Shown piece by piece: positions 62,433 through 64,000 of a stretch of 64,000 nt of DNA. Origin of the DNA: Lepidodermella squamata. Its lineage: Eukaryota > Animalia > Gastrotricha. The position numbers and the translations under genes were made by a program. The stretch covers positions 1 through 64,000 of the forward strand of contig JBLDXI010000021.1 of NCBI GenBank assembly GCA_047495785.1, in the 5' to 3' direction. The notes under the pieces are model-generated. The model saw only the letters and a program-made list of their open reading frames with translations. It ran no database searches and had not been told where the DNA came from. Within the stretch, counting starts at the first letter, position 1. Each line of letters opens with the position of its first letter.

Positions 62433-64000
62433 TCAGATGATGACGTAGACAGTTCCAGATTTAGCGGCATCGTTCTCGTCGAACGAGCCGAGCCGCCGCG
62501 GGAAATCGTCTTCATCACCAGCGAGATCGATAGGCACATTCGGATCTGTCTTCCTAAGATTACAGCTGTAAGACCGGAAAGCCGGACTTCTCAGCCCGAT
62601 CGACGATTCCACTAATGATTCATCAGTTTTCGAGCCAGAATTCCTTATTTGACTCGTATTTGTTGCAGTCGTGGTTGTATTCACGTTAATTGAACTCGCA
62701 ACAAGGCTTTCCTCCTCGATTTTAGCTTCGCTGCTTTTATTGACGATGACCTCCTTTTGAGGGCAATCGTGTTCGCCCTTGTCTAGGTAATAAAATTGCG
62801 AACATTGCTCGCAAATTGCGACAATATCGCTGTGTCGCATTCGAAGGTGGCGATGAAATGCGTGCAGGCTAAGAAATAGGTCATCACAGCCGCGCACTGA
62901 ACATCGATAGTCCGGTTTTAAATTCGCAACATTGCCAGCGAAAATTAGCGACTGCTCAAGCAATGAGACGGTCGCACTCGACGACGCGCGGAAAGAGACC
63001 GTAGTCGGCGCTAGGGATAGCGACTGCATGAGTGATCTCGGCGATGTCGGAGAATTGCTAGAAGCCGAGCAATTCCACATTGATCTAGAACTGTAGGTTT
63101 GTAGAACTTTGGACCGTAAGTACGATTTTTTTGCTGCTTTGAATGGCAACAGTTGATCACCCGCGGTAGGTGTTGTATTAGAAGTACTTGATTTTCTCTG
63201 CTTCTGTGATGCAGAGTGATAGTTGCTTCTTGAAGGCACGTAACTCAGATCAGCAAACCTCCTGTAAATCGGAAAGTGGATTAAAAAATTCATCAAAGCG
63301 AATTATAATCGAATCGATTTTTGGATTACATTTAAGTGTCTTTTGCCAAGTCCTTTTGATTAGAAATATTTTTTTAAATTTTCATGTTAAAATAAAAAAA
63401 AATTTAAAAATTAATGAAAATTCCTCAATTATGATAATTTTTTAATTTTTTTTATTTAAAAAGTAGAAAATAAAATTTTTAGATGATTTTAGAAAATTTT
63501 CTAAAGTTAATAAAATCAATTTAATAAAAACTAAAATCCAAAAAAATACTATTAAAAATAAAAAAAAATCCCCAACTCACTTTTGGCATGTAAGGATGGC
63601 GAGAACCTGAAGACGGACTCGGCGTAATCGTGTTGCATAAATGATAGGATTTATCAGCGGGCTCAGCATGAGAAGACTATTGAAAATTGTGTTAATTAAC
63701 AGGGCCTGATTTGAACTCGTCGCGAACGAATGCCGAGGTTCGCCTTTAAAAGTACTGCTGCTACGCGCCGATGTTCGAAGGTACATGTATAGCTCGAAGA
63801 TAATGAAAGGCATCTAAAATTTTGCAAACATTATTTAAATTTGTTTTATTTATTTTTCAAAATTTTTACCCAGCAAAACGAGAATGTGCCGATAAGGAGC
63901 ATTGTGGTTAGAACAAGGCGAAAAGTTTTCCGTTGCCTCGCCGTTTTCCGACGAGTTACCTTGACGAAAATTCGGCCATTTATGAATAACAGCAGCAAAA
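62433..64000 (-). CDS. GPCR-E: 3' part (TM5-TM7 plus zinc-finger tail); exons >64000-63870, 63813-63581, 63261-62433
   Basis: RLVLTTMLLIGTFSFCW|MPF...SPLINPIIYATRLRRVRLQVLAILTCQK|RFADLSY.... The phase-2 intron 63580-63262 is in frame with ORF 62433..63296. Zinc module at 62909-62763. Confidence 0.85.

Overview
Eukaryotic, gene-dense metazoan DNA (invertebrate; species not identifiable from sequence alone) with AT-rich GT-AG introns, many only about 50-60 nt. The ORF track therefore shows exon fragments, and I rebuilt the spliced genes by hand. Contents: five paralogs of one orphan class A GPCR family (all minus strand, two cut by the window edges); one unrelated divergent GPCR; two ankyrin-repeat genes; a secreted poly-Asn/Gly-Tyr-Pro protein; two CYP3-clan-like P450s plus an inverted, MITE-disrupted P450 pseudogene; three divergent nuclear receptors sharing a CEACQK P-box; a carbonyl-reductase-like SDR; a 26/29-kDa-type papain-family gene whose catalytic Cys is Asp; three C2H2 zinc-finger genes; and several MITEs and repeats. 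Most striking: in two GPCR paralogs the TM7/helix-8 exon splices in frame to a long cytoplasmic tail with a conserved C2H2 finger plus a CxxC..HxC module, and one of them ends in a basic NLS-like stretch. The three paralogs with TM3 visible lack the DRY arginine and have a very long ECL2. No CRISPR array, rRNA or convincing tRNA was seen.
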